This document shows, one piece after another, positions 16,529-27,000 of a stretch of DNA of 35,956 nucleotides. How positions within the stretch are numbered: the first letter of the stretch is position 1; the number at the start of each line of letters is the position of its first letter. The notes under the pieces are model-generated. The model was not told the DNA's origin, searched no databases, and was given only the letters and a program-made list of their open reading frames with translations. The translations under genes were made by a program, and so were the position numbers. The stretch is from Gemmatimonadota bacterium (GTDB lineage: Bacteria > Gemmatimonadota > Gemmatimonadetes > Gemmatimonadales > Gemmatimonadaceae), in contig JAZJZK010000035.1 in assembly GCA_040389905.1 (NCBI GenBank), positions 1 through 35,956 of the forward strand, read 5' to 3'.

Positions 16529-17527
16529 TCAGACACCCCCAAGGTGTTGTTGCTTGAAGCTCGCGACCGCGCCAACGACGCCCGCAGTCCCCAGCAGTTC
16601 ACCCGGAATGATCTTCACCGCACGCACCGCTGGGCTGAATGCGCGCCGCCGTACCTCGACGCGCAGGGGAACGAACAGCGCATCCCCTGCCGCGGCCACG
16701 CCACCGGCCAGCACGACGATGTCGGGATTGAAGACGTTCAGCAGGTTCGCGACGCCGGCGCCGAGATACTTCGCCGTGTCGCGGACGATTTCACTCGCCA
16801 CCTGATCCCCCTGCCTGGCCGCCTCGTACACAATCGCGGCCGTGATGTCCTCGACTTTGCCATTGACCAAAAGGGGAATAATCGACCCCATTTCGTCGCG
16901 CACGAGTACTTCACGCGCGCGCGTCGCGATGGCCGACGCTGACGCATACGCCTCGAGGCAGCCGTAATTGCCACACTTGCAGTGGCGGCCGTTCAGGTCG
17001 ATGGTCGTGTGGCCGATCTCACCCGCCATATCCGACGAACCGTGATAGAGCGCGCCGTCGAGAATCAGCCCGCCACCGATTCCGGTGCCGATCGTCAGTC
17101 CGACGACATTCCGCCCGCCGCGCGCGGCCCCTTGCCACCATTCGCCGAACGTCGCGCAGTTGGCGTCGTTGTCGAGGGTGGCCGGAAGGTTGAGGCGATC
17201 CTGAATGCGGTCGCGAAGGGGAAAGTCCTTCCATCCGAGATTGGGCGCGACGAGCACGATACCGCGCTCGCGATCGAGCGGCCCCGGCGCACCGATGCCA
17301 ATGCCGATGAAGTCGCGGCTGCTCGCCCCGGTCTTCTCGATCGTTTCAAGGATGACGGACTGGACCACGCCGGCAATGCGCTCGGCGACTCCCTCATCGC
17401 CCACTGACGCGTTCGTCGGGATGCTGCGCATGGCCAGGTGCTTCGTCCCATCGACGCTCATTGCGCCGGCGGCGATATTCGTGCCGCCGAGGTCGACACC
17501 CACGATGAATTGTTCGCGATCGGTCAT
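16529..17527 (-). CDS. ROK-family sugar kinase (glucokinase-like)
   Basis: GVDLGGT, GAPGP, NDANCA, GTGIGGG, GEIGH and the Zn motif CKCGNYGCLE; no N-terminal HTH; ATG 17527 preferred. Confidence 0.93.
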   Translation of the reverse strand: MTDREQFIVGVDLGGTNIAAGAMSVDGTKHLAMRSIPTNASVGDEGVAERIAGVVQSVILETIEKTGASSRDFIGIGIGAPGPLDRERGIVLVAPNLGWKDFPLRDRIQDRLNLPATLDNDANCATFGEWWQGAARGGRNVVGLTIGTGIGGGLILDGALYHGSSDMAGEIGHTTIDLNGRHCKCGNYGCLEAYASASAIATRAREVLVRDEMGSIIPLLVNGKVEDITAAIVYEAARQGDQVASEIVRDTAKYLGAGVANLLNVFNPDIVVLAGGVAAAGDALFVPLRVEVRRRAFSPAVRAVKIIPGELLGTAGVVGAVASFKQQHLGGV

Positions 17528-17779
17528 CGGGGAAACGTAGGGATGAACCTCCGCCTTGTCACCCGTTGGCTCCGGCACGTTCCGTGTCGCCGTAGGAGAT
17601 CATCGCGCGCATTGCGCTATTGGCAGGAACGGGCAGACTGGGTTGCCGGCCATGCGGTCTCAGCCGGTGTGTCGCCGTACTGTCTGCATTGCCGAAATGG
17701 TGGACGCCGGAGGGCGAAGCGCACCTTCGCCAGTTCGGTGACAAGCTGCAATGCTTTCATCATTTCGCTGTGCTACACG

Positions 17780-17975
17780 GACGTACGACGTACCCGGACC
17801 CTGTACCCTGACTGGCATACTGGCCAAAGAGAGCCATCGAGAGTGGTGTACCGATCTACGCCCTTCGCACCTCGGAACGGCGTATGGCGATCGGGTGGGT
17901 GCATCGAATGTTGTCGATGGCTCCTCATGGGTTGGATGCCAGTCCGGGTACACGGTTCCGGGTACATCGTACGTC
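17780..17975. repeat. 196-nt long-hairpin dispersed element, copy 1
   Basis: Nested inverted repeats; homologous to 32815-33010 (first 18 nt identical, last 40 nt match 39/40). Confidence 0.92.
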
Positions 17976-18008
17976 AGGGGTTGTACTCACGTACGTTCGT
18001 ACGTGCGT

Positions 18009-19022
18009 TCAGCGGTCCGTAACCGCTCGTACTGCCGCCTCGACTCTCTCCACCGACAACTCGGTCATGCACCGGTGATGTCCGAGCGGGCACACTTGCG
18101 GTCCATGCTTCGAGCACGGACGGCACGGCATCGCGTCGTGCTCCACGACGACCGACCGCGGCGCCAACGGACCAAAGCCGAATGCTGGAACCGTCGGACC
18201 AAAGATCGCCACCGTCGGCGTTCCCATTGCCGAGGCAAAATGCTCCGGCGCCGAATCGTTGGTGACGAGTACCGAGGATCGTCCCACCAACTCGGCCGAC
18301 GCGAGAAGGCTCAATTTTCCCGTGGCGTCGAGCGCGCCGGGAGCCGCGGCAACGATGGCAGCAGCCAACTCGCCATCGGCAGCACCTCCCACCACGACGA
18401 TTCGCGCGCCCACGGAGAGCGATGCCGCAAGCTCCGGAAAGTACGGCCAGCGCTTCGTGGCCCACACGCTTCCCGGGGCGAGCGCAATCAAGCGCTCCTC
18501 GCGGCCGATGCCCGCTGCGGTCAGTAACATGTCGACCGACAGTCGCTCCGGTTCACCCGGGTGGAGCGACGGGCGCATTTCCTCCGCACTCGGCTCGCGA
18601 CCATTCGGCCGCGCGAGCATCAAGAGGCGCGCCGCGTGATGGAGCCTCGCGTCGTAGAGCACGCGCTTCGTGTAGAACAGACGTCCAGAGGACGTTGAGA
18701 AGCCCAGTCGAGACGGAATCCGCGCAAAGAGCGCGAGCGCCGCACTGCGCCACGACCCTTGAGCCAGCAGCGCCGCATCGTATTGCGTGTGCCGCAACCG
18801 CTTGGCGAGCGAGAGAAAGCCGTGCACGCCGCGATCGGCGCCGCGCTTGTCATAGACGATGACCGTGCGCACCGAGGGATGATTCGCCAACAACCCCGCC
18901 GAGGCGGGCGTCGTCACGACGTCAACCGGCCCACGGTGCGCCAGCTGCGTAAGCAGGGGCGTCGTGAGGACGACGTCGCCGATGAACGACGTCTGAATGA
19001 CGAGCGACGACGTCACGCCCAA
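18009..19022 (-). CDS. waaF: GT9 lipopolysaccharide heptosyltransferase II-like
   Basis: FIGDVVLTTP, APGSVWATKRWP, GKLSL, TNDSAPEHFASA, IFGPT, CRPC; start is TTG 19022 or GTG 19016. Confidence 0.85.
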   Translation of the reverse strand: MGVTSSLVIQTSFIGDVVLTTPLLTQLAHRGPVDVVTTPASAGLLANHPSVRTVIVYDKRGADRGVHGFLSLAKRLRHTQYDAALLAQGSWRSAALALFARIPSRLGFSTSSGRLFYTKRVLYDARLHHAARLLMLARPNGREPSAEEMRPSLHPGEPERLSVDMLLTAAGIGREERLIALAPGSVWATKRWPYFPELAASLSVGARIVVVGGAADGELAAAIVAAAPGALDATGKLSLLASAELVGRSSVLVTNDSAPEHFASAMGTPTVAIFGPTVPAFGFGPLAPRSVVVEHDAMPCRPCSKHGPQVCPLGHHRCMTELSVERVEAAVRAVTDR

Positions 19023-19026
19023 GAAC

Positions 19027-20823
19027 CTAATCGACCTGAAGCACGGCCAGAAACGCTTCCTGCGGGATCTCCACCGATCCCACCTGCTTCATGCGCTTCT
19101 TTCCTTCCTTCTGCTTCTCGAGGAGCTTGCGCTTCCGGCTGATGTCGCCGCCGTAACACTTCGCGAGCACATCCTTGCGAACGGCTTTCACCGTCGTGCG
19201 CGCGATGACCTTCGTGCCGATGGCCGCCTGGATGATCACCTCGAACAACTGCCGAGGGATCAATTCCTTCAACTTGTCGGCGATCTTGCGCCCCCAGTCG
19301 TACGCCTTGTCCTCATGACAGATCACGCTGAACGCGTCGATGGCTTCACCATTGATCAGCATGTCGAGCCGCACGAGATCGCTCGCGCGATACTCCAGCA
19401 TCTCGTAGTCGAGCGACGCGTACCCTCGGCTGATCGACTTCAGCCGGTCGAAGAAATCGAGAATGATTTCGCCAAGGGGAAACTCCCAGTCGAACTCGAC
19501 GCGCTGCTGGTCGAGGTACGTCATGTTCTTGTACACGCCGCGCCGCTCGGTGCCCAGCGTCATGATCGGTCCGATGTAGTCGGACGGCGCCATGATGCGA
19601 GCCTTCACGTAGGGCTCCTCGATGCGGTCGATCACCGCCGTGTTCGGCATCAGCGCTGGATTCTCCACGAGCTCCATCGTGCCGTCAGTCCGGTAGACCT
19701 TGTACTCGACGCTCGGAACGGTCTGCACGAGGTCGAGATCGAACTCGCGCGTCAGACGCTCCTGGACGATCTCCATGTGGAGGAGGCCGAGGAATCCGCA
19801 ACGGAACCCGAAGCCGAGCGCCGTGGAGGTTTCGGGCTGATAGTTGAGCGACGCGTCGTTGAGCTTGAGCTTCTCGAGTGCGTCGCGCAGCGTTTCGTAC
19901 TGCTGCGTATCAGTCGGATACATGCCGGCAAAAACGAACGACCGCACTTCCTGATATCCGGGGAGCGGCTCGGATGCCTTGTTGAGCGCGTCGAAGATCG
20001 TGTCGCCGGCACGCGTCTCGCTCACCGAGCGCACGCTGGCGACGACGTAGCCGACTTCGCCCGGTCCGAGCGAGTCCGTCTGTACCTGACGAAGTTGGTT
20101 GTACCCCACTTCGTCGACTTCGTAGATGGAGTCCGACGCACCGAAGGTGATCTTCGTTCCCTTGCGCAGCACGCCGTCGACCACGCGCACGCTTGGAATG
20201 GCCCCGCGATACTTGTCGTAGTACGAGTCGTAGATCAGCGCGCGAAGGGGCGCCGCGTCATCGCCAACCGGGGCAGGGACCGTCGACACGACCGCTTCCA
20301 GCAACTCGTGGATACCGATGCCCGCCTTGGCGCTCACCCGGAGAATCCCGTCTGGATCGACACCGAGCAGGTCCGCGACTTCCTGTGCGCGACGATCGGG
20401 CTCGGCACCGGGAAGATCGATCTTGTTCAGGATGGGGATGATCTCGAGCCCGGCATCGACGGCGAGAAACAGGTTCGAGAGCGTTTGCGCCTGAATGCCC
20501 TGCGACGCATCGACGACGAGAATTGCGCCTTCACAGGCGGCCAGCGACCGCGACACCTCGTACGTGAAGTCCACGTGGCCGGGCGTATCGATCAGGTTGA
20601 GCTCATAGTCCTGCCCGTTGTCCGCGGTGTACGACATGCGAACCGCGTTCAGCTTGATCGTAATGCCACGCTCACGCTCGAGGTCGAGCGTGTCGAGCAC
20701 CTGGGCCTTCATTTCACGCTTCTGGAGCATCCCCGTCTCTTCGATGAGACGATCGGCCAGGGTGGATTTCCCGTGGTCGATATGGGCGACGATGCAGAAG
20801 TTACGGATGTGGTCGAGCTTCAC
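19027..20823 (-). CDS. lepA: Elongation factor 4 (LepA)
   Basis: [70 protein letters not shown] 20823 preferred. Confidence 0.98.
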   Translation of the reverse strand: MKLDHIRNFCIVAHIDHGKSTLADRLIEETGMLQKREMKAQVLDTLDLERERGITIKLNAVRMSYTADNGQDYELNLIDTPGHVDFTYEVSRSLAACEGAILVVDASQGIQAQTLSNLFLAVDAGLEIIPILNKIDLPGAEPDRRAQEVADLLGVDPDGILRVSAKAGIGIHELLEAVVSTVPAPVGDDAAPLRALIYDSYYDKYRGAIPSVRVVDGVLRKGTKITFGASDSIYEVDEVGYNQLRQVQTDSLGPGEVGYVVASVRSVSETRAGDTIFDALNKASEPLPGYQEVRSFVFAGMYPTDTQQYETLRDALEKLKLNDASLNYQPETSTALGFGFRCGFLGLLHMEIVQERLTREFDLDLVQTVPSVEYKVYRTDGTMELVENPALMPNTAVIDRIEEPYVKARIMAPSDYIGPIMTLGTERRGVYKNMTYLDQQRVEFDWEFPLGEIILDFFDRLKSISRGYASLDYEMLEYRASDLVRLDMLINGEAIDAFSVICHEDKAYDWGRKIADKLKELIPRQLFEVIIQAAIGTKVIARTTVKAVRKDVLAKCYGGDISRKRKLLEKQKEGKKRMKQVGSVEIPQEAFLAVLQVD

Positions 20824-21000
20824 GGCGATGCGGGTCTGGGCGAGGACTGACAACAGCCTTGCAATATAGCTCCCTGCAACGGGCGCGAGGCTGGTTGCGG
20901 GCCCGAACGCAGGCCCCTCGTCAGTGATTCAGCCCATCAGACCGCAACCGTTCAACTCGGAGCCGGAGCGGGTCTAGCCTGAAGGCTGATAATTAGGGAT

Positions 21001-21262
21001 GGGGGCGCGGGTTGGGGCCCGGGCCAACCGCGGGCTCGGCCGCGGGCTTAGGCTAGGGCTCGCGCTCGGGCCTACCAGCAGGCTCGGGCTAACAACGAGC
21101 AGGGGCTTGCGCGTGTGCCGCTGGCAGGCTCCGTCCTGAAGTCAGCCCCAAGCTCCAGCCCCAGCCCGCGCCCAAGCCTGCTGGCAGGCCCAAGCCCCGG
21201 CCCTGGCCCAAGCCCGCGCCCAAGCCTGCGTTGTTTGGCCCAAGCCCGAGCACAAGCCCCGA
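21001..21262. repeat. Low-complexity imperfect palindrome of hexamer-like units (GGGCTY / RAGCCC)
   Basis: G-rich left arm and C-rich right arm; core gggcctaccagcaggctcgggc (21068-21089) pairs with gcccaagcctgctggcaggccc (21170-21191) at 20/22. Confidence 0.8.
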
Positions 21263-21305
21263 CTCACTGCCGAACATCGTGCCCCGCTTCTATTATCAGC
21301 TACCC

Positions 21306-22211
21306 ATGGAGTCGCCGCACCGCGCTGACCTGTTCGACCCGGCCGCGTTGGCCACGCTCGGCCACATCGAAGTCGTCGCCCGTTGGATCGTCGACGGCTT
21401 TCTCAGCGGACTTCACCGCTCACCCCGAAAGGGGTTCTCGGTGGAGTTCGCCGATTTTCGTCCCTATCAACCTGGCGACGATCTGCGCTACGTGGACTGG
21501 AAGATCGCCGCGCGCGCCGACCGATGGGTCGTCAAGCAATACGAAGAGGAAACCAACCTTCGCGCCACCCTCGTCCTCGACGTCAGTCGCTCGATGGACT
21601 GGAAGTCTGCGCCCGCGCTGCTCAGCAAGCGCGTCTATGCGGAACAACTCATCGCGGCCGTCGGCCTCCTGCTGCTGAGGCAGCGCGACGCTGTCGGCCT
21701 CATTCGCTTCGACGATGCAGTGCGAACCTGCGTGCGCCCAAGTGCACGCAGCACGCAATGGAGACGCCTGATCACGGCGCTCGCCGACCGCGCCGGCGGC
21801 AGAGCCTCCGATCTCGCCGCCGCGCTCAGCCAGGCAGCGCGCCTCGTCACGCGACAGGGCATGGTCGTCCTCGTGAGCGATTTGCTCGTCGATCCCGAAC
21901 CAGTTCTCGCCAATCTTCGAGGCCTGCGGGCGGCCGGGCACGACGTGCTGGTCTTCCACATCATGGATCCCGCCGAGCGCGAATTTGGCATGACCGGCGA
22001 GGCGCAGTACACGGACCCCGAATCGTCACTCGCCGTGCCTGCGGCCGCCGCCGATGTGCGCGCTGCGTACGGCGCCACCGTCGCGGAAGTCGTGACCGAA
22101 TGGCGAGACGCCCTGTCGGCGATGGGTGCCTCTCATGAACTCGTGATCACCGACCAACCCTACACGGTCCCCCTTCGACGGGCGTTCGACGCCCGCCAGC
22201 GCCGACCGTGA
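21306..22211 (+). CDS. DUF58 family protein (vWA-like, MoxR-associated)
   Basis: GLHRSPRKGFSVEFADFRPYQPGDDLRYVDWK, VKQYEEETN, LDVSRSM, VSD. Confidence 0.93.
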   Translation: MESPHRADLFDPAALATLGHIEVVARWIVDGFLSGLHRSPRKGFSVEFADFRPYQPGDDLRYVDWKIAARADRWVVKQYEEETNLRATLVLDVSRSMDWKSAPALLSKRVYAEQLIAAVGLLLLRQRDAVGLIRFDDAVRTCVRPSARSTQWRRLITALADRAGGRASDLAAALSQAARLVTRQGMVVLVSDLLVDPEPVLANLRGLRAAGHDVLVFHIMDPAEREFGMTGEAQYTDPESSLAVPAAAADVRAAYGATVAEVVTEWRDALSAMGASHELVITDQPYTVPLRRAFDARQRRP

Positions 22212-24016
22212 GTTTTCTCGCACCCCTCTACCTCCTCGTCGGCGCTGCCGCAGCCATTCCGCTGCTGCTGCACCTGCTGCGTCGCAACATCGCGACGCGC
22301 GTCGATTTCCCGGCCGCGCGCTATCTCCAGCGGGCGGAGCAGGAGCACAGCCGGTCCCTCCGCATCCGGAACCTGCTGCTGATGCTCCTCCGGGTGTTGC
22401 TGGTCCTCGCGCTCGCGGTCGCCGCCGCCCGTCCGTTCGTGTCGGGGTTCGGCGTCGGGCATGGACCCACGGCGGTCGCCGTCGTGCTCGACAACTCACT
22501 GTCGACAACCGCCGTCAACGGCGGGGCTCCGGTATTCGCGAAGCTTCGCGATGCTGCACGCAATCTGGTCCTTGCCAGCGCGCCCGGTGACCGCCTCTGG
22601 CTCGTGACGGCGGACGGCCGCGTCCGCGGTGGCTCCCGCGAGGCGGTTGCCGCGGAGCTCGACCGCATTACGCCGAGTGAGGACGCCGGCGACCTTCCGC
22701 TCGCGCTTCGCCGTGCGGCTGCGGCAGTGCAGGGGAGCGCGTTGCCCGCCCGCAGCGTCGCCGTTGCCACCGATGCGCAGCGCAGCGCCTGGGCGTCCGC
22801 GGTGAAGGTCGATGTGCCGACGGCGCTCTTCGTACCTGGCGGCGATCCCCCTCACAATCGCGCCGTACTGTCCGCGGAGGCAGATCCCGGTCGCTGGACT
22901 CCCCGCGGCTCCATCGTCGCCCGCATCGACGCCGGTGATTCCGTTGGATTTCGCGTGCTCATCGGTGCGCGCACCCTTGCGCGCGGTGCGGTTGCGCGCG
23001 GTGAACCCGTCCAGCTTCGTGTGACGCCGCCGGAACGGGGATGGCAGGCGCTCCGGGTGGAGTTGGAGCCCGACGATTTTGCGGCAGACGATGCGCGCTT
23101 CGCGGCTGTGTGGGTCGGCGCGCCGCCAGGCGTGGTGGTCGATCCGTCAGCCGGCCCCTTCGTGTCGACCGCGCTCACGACGTTGGTGTCGGACGGCCGC
23201 GCGACCGCGGGCACCGACGTCCGAATCGGGTCGGCTGACGCAGTCTCTTCGCTACCCGCGTTGATCACGCCGCCAGCCGATGCCGTGCGCCTGGGCGCGG
23301 CGAATCGCGAGCTCGCGCGTCTGGGAATCCCGTGGCGCTTCGGTCAGCTCGAGGGTGGGTCCGGTGTGGCTCGCGGCTCTCACCTCGACGGAATCACGAC
23401 GTCATCAAGGTATCGGCTCGTCCGGAGCGGCCAGGCCGGCGCGGACACACTGGCGACGGTATCGGGCGAGCCATGGGTCGTTGCGGGTCCGGGATATGTC
23501 CTCGTGGCCTCGCGGCTCGATCCTGTTGCCACGACCCTCCCGGTCCGGGCGGCCTTCGTTCCCTGGATCGCCGACATGGTCGGCCTGCGCCTCGGCGCGC
23601 CCTCGGGTGATGCTGGTGCCGCTATCGCGGCGCGGCCGGCGGGAAGTATTCATCTTCCCGAGGGAGCGGACGCGCTGGAGAACATCGCCGGCACTCGGCG
23701 GAGCGCGGCGGGAGCCACCAACGCCCCTGAAGAACGCGGCGTGTGGTTCATCCTGCGCGGTCCCCGACGAATCGGCGCGGTCGTCGTCAACGCACCGGCA
23801 GACGAGTCGGCGCTCGCGCGACTCTCCGCCGACGCCCTGGGCGCTCGCATCGGCGGCGATCGCGCCAGCGCGTCGCAGTCGGCATCAGCGTGGATTCGCG
23901 ATACGTATGCGTCCGGTACCCGCCGTCCCGCGATCACGCCGCTTCTCATTCTCGCGCTGCTGCTGCTGTCTGCGGAAGCACTCGCCGTTCGCACTACTCG
24001 ATCCGCTGCCGCCTAA
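22208..24016 (+). CDS. BatA N-terminal double-TM plus vWA domain membrane protein
   Basis: MSFLAPLYL...IPLLLHLL...FPA..YL...LLLMLLR...ARP; LDNSLS MIDAS-like motif; TD motif; C-terminal TM. Confidence 0.85.
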   Translation: MSFLAPLYLLVGAAAAIPLLLHLLRRNIATRVDFPAARYLQRAEQEHSRSLRIRNLLLMLLRVLLVLALAVAAARPFVSGFGVGHGPTAVAVVLDNSLSTTAVNGGAPVFAKLRDAARNLVLASAPGDRLWLVTADGRVRGGSREAVAAELDRITPSEDAGDLPLALRRAAAAVQGSALPARSVAVATDAQRSAWASAVKVDVPTALFVPGGDPPHNRAVLSAEADPGRWTPRGSIVARIDAGDSVGFRVLIGARTLARGAVARGEPVQLRVTPPERGWQALRVELEPDDFAADDARFAAVWVGAPPGVVVDPSAGPFVSTALTTLVSDGRATAGTDVRIGSADAVSSLPALITPPADAVRLGAANRELARLGIPWRFGQLEGGSGVARGSHLDGITTSSRYRLVRSGQAGADTLATVSGEPWVVAGPGYVLVASRLDPVATTLPVRAAFVPWIADMVGLRLGAPSGDAGAAIAARPAGSIHLPEGADALENIAGTRRSAAGATNAPEERGVWFILRGPRRIGAVVVNAPADESALARLSADALGARIGGDRASASQSASAWIRDTYASGTRRPAITPLLILALLLLSAEALAVRTTRSAAA

Positions 24017-27000
24017 GTGTCACTCCCCAGCCTGCTCGACGCGCTCGAACGCCTTCCTGCGTTTGCGCGCGTATTCAATACCCTGCCACAGCCCTCCCGC
24101 CAGCTCCGAATTGCCGGACTTCCGGGCTCGGCAGATGCGGCACTCGTGGCGGCGCTCGCACGCCGGCTCACGACGCGCTTCCTCGTCGTCGTGGCCGACG
24201 GCGTGCCGCAGGCGGAACGACTGCTCGCCGATCTGCACACGCTGCTGGACGAGACCCCGGTCGCGCTCTATCCGCCGCGCGAAGGATTCGGCGAGATGGA
24301 GCCGCACGTCGAAGTGGCCGGCGAACGTGTCGAGACGTTGGAGCGACTGAGCCGCGGCGAGATCCGCGTGCTGCTCACCACGCCGCGTGCCCTGCTCGAA
24401 CGCACTCGCCTGCCCGCGGCCCTCGCTGATTTGCGGATCGAACTGCGCAAGGGCGATGTACGGAAGCCGCGTGAGCTCGCCGAACATCTCGAGCGGATCG
24501 GCTTCGAGCGCGTGCCGATGGTCGAGGATGTCGCCCAATTCTCGCTTCGAGGCGGCATCTTCGACGTCTATTCGTTCGGCATGACGGACCCGGTAAGAAT
24601 GGAGTTCTGGGGAGACGAGATCTCCGATCTCCGCCACTTCGAATTGTCGTCGCAGCGGTCCACACGCACCGTCGATCTCGCCGTCGTGCTTCCCGTCGAC
24701 GGCCAGGTGAAGGAAGACGCCGGCGCGGGCGAGCGGCTCTCGGTTTCGGCGCTCTTTCCGCCCGACACGCTGCTCGTTTACCCGACCGGTACCCATCTCC
24801 TCCCGGAACTCAAGCGCACCTGGGATGAAGCCGCGCATCATCTCGACCTCGCGCGTCGCCGTGGCGAGGACGCCGATCCTCGGGAGGAACTCTTCGAGGC
24901 GCCGGAGGTCGCGGCGGCGACCATGTCCCAGTTCGGACGCCTTCGCCTCGTCGATGCGGCCGCGGAGGAAGCGGACGTCAGCTTTCCCCTTCGCGCACCG
25001 GAGCCGATCGACCGCGACATCAAGCGCCTCCGCCGTCTGGTGCGCGATGGGATGCCCACGATCATCCTCTGCGACAATGAGGGCCAGTGCGAGCGTCTCG
25101 ATGAACTGCTGAATGAAGACACCCGCGATCCGTCACCCGCCGCCCTCGTGGTCGGAGCACTCGGTGGCGGATGGATGCTCCCACCGGGTGATCACGAGCG
25201 CGGCCTGCGCGTCCTCACGGACCACGAGATCTTCCGCCGCGAGCGTCGCGTGCGGCGAGCGCGCCGGTACGTCAGCGGTGGTGTGGACTCGCTCGCCCTC
25301 AAGCTCGGCGACTACGTCGTGCACCTCGAGCACGGCGTTGGCATCTACAGGGGCATCGAAACGATCTTCGTCGGGCAGAGCACGATCGAAGTGGCAGTCG
25401 TCGAGTATGAAGGCGGTGACCGCCTTAACGTTCCGCTTTACCGGATCGACCAGCTGGAGCGCTATCGCAGTGCCGACGATGTCAGCGCTGACGTGCCGCC
25501 GCCGCGGCTTCACCGGCTGGGTGGCAAGCGGTGGGCCGCGCAGCGCGATCGAACACGGGCCGCGATCCAGGAGATGACACTCGAGCTCCTCGACCTTTAC
25601 GCACGGCGTAAGGTAGCCGCTCGTCCAGCGCATGTGCCGGACACCGCGTGGCAGCGGCAGCTCGAGAGCAGTTTCCTCTTCGAGGACACGCCGGATCAGC
25701 GGAAGGCGACCACCGACGTGAAGACGGACATGGAGAGCACGCGCCCCATGGATCGCCTCCTCGTGGGCGACGTGGGCTACGGCAAGACCGAGATCGCGGT
25801 GCGCGCCGCGTTCAAGGCCGTGCAGAGCGGCCGTCAGGTTGCCGTGCTCGTGCCGACGACCATCCTCGCGGACCAGCACGCTCGCACCTTTGGTGAGCGG
25901 CTCGCGGATTTTCCCGTCAAGATTGCCGTCATGAGCCGCTTTCAGTCGGCGAAGGAACAGGCGGTGACGCTGCGGGAGCTCGCGGACAAGAAGGTGGACA
26001 TCGTCATCGGGACGCATCGGTTACTGAGTCCGGACGTCGTGTTCGCTGACCTCGGTGTCATCATCGTGGACGAGGAGCACCGATTCGGCGTCAAGCACAA
26101 GGAGCGGCTCAAGCAGCTCAAGCTCGAGACGGACGTCCTCACGCTCACCGCCACGCCCATTCCGCGCACGCTCCACCTGTCACTGGCCGGGCTGCGCGAC
26201 ATGACACTGATGCAGACGCCCCCGCGCGACCGTTCCCCCGTGCTCACCTTTCTGGAACCGGCGGACGACGGCCTCATCGACGAGGGTATCTCCCGCGAGC
26301 TCGATCGCGGCGGACAGGTGTTCTTCGTGCACAACCGCATCGAGACCATCGTTGCGCAGGCGGATCACATTCGCCGCATCGTGCCGCGCGCGCGCATCGC
26401 TGTTGCGCACGGGCAGATGAAGGAGCGCGAGCTCGAAGACATCATGCATCGGTTCGTGAGCGGCGAGGTCGACGTCCTGGTCTCGACGCTCATTGTCGAG
26501 AGCGGGCTCGACGTGCCCAACGCGAACACGATGTTCGTCAATCGCGCCGACCACCTTGGACTTGCCCAGCTCTACCAGCTGCGCGGCCGAGTCGGCCGGT
26601 CGCATCGCCGGGCGTATTGCTATCTGCTCGTGCCCGACGCCGTCGATCCGGATGCGGAGCGTCGCCTTCAGGTGCTCGAGCACCACACGGAGCTCGGCGC
26701 CGGGTACAAGATCGCACTCAAGGACATGGAAATGCGCGGGGCCGGCAACCTGCTCGGCGCCGAGCAGTCAGGGTATGTCCATGCCGTGGGTTTCGATCTC
26801 TACCTCAAGATGCTCGACGAGACAGTCCAGCGCCTCATGCGTGGGGACGCCGCGCCAAAGCCAAGGCCCGCGGATGTCTCCATGGACATTCCCGCCTACC
26901 TGCCCGACGACTACATCGAAGCGCAGGAAGCGAAGCTCGACGTCTACAAGCGGCTGGCGAAGTTCGACACACCAGAGGAGATCGAGGCGCTCCGCGCCGA

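Noticed and set aside
16529..17527. ROK protein as a NagC/XylR-type repressor
   Set aside because: No N-terminal HTH, and the ATP-binding DLGGT motif is intact at the N-terminus
17528..17600. glmS ribozyme-like string (ggtgacaaggcggaggttcatc on the minus strand) upstream of the sugar kinase
   Set aside because: Only superficial similarity; I could not find the AGCGCC cleavage-site core or the pseudoknot pairings
17559..18078. Short ORFs in the ROK-waaF gap (61-194 aa)
   Set aside because: They overlap the palindromic element, and similar peptides recur at 32629-33140 only because the DNA repeat recurs
18997..20850. 617-aa ORF antisense to lepA
   Set aside because: Shadow ORF typical of high-GC codon bias, with no recognisable motifs; lepA is unambiguous
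21115..21305. Pro/Ser-rich ORF starts and N-terminal extension of DUF58
   Set aside because: These are translations of the hexamer repeat; family similarity starts near ATG 21306
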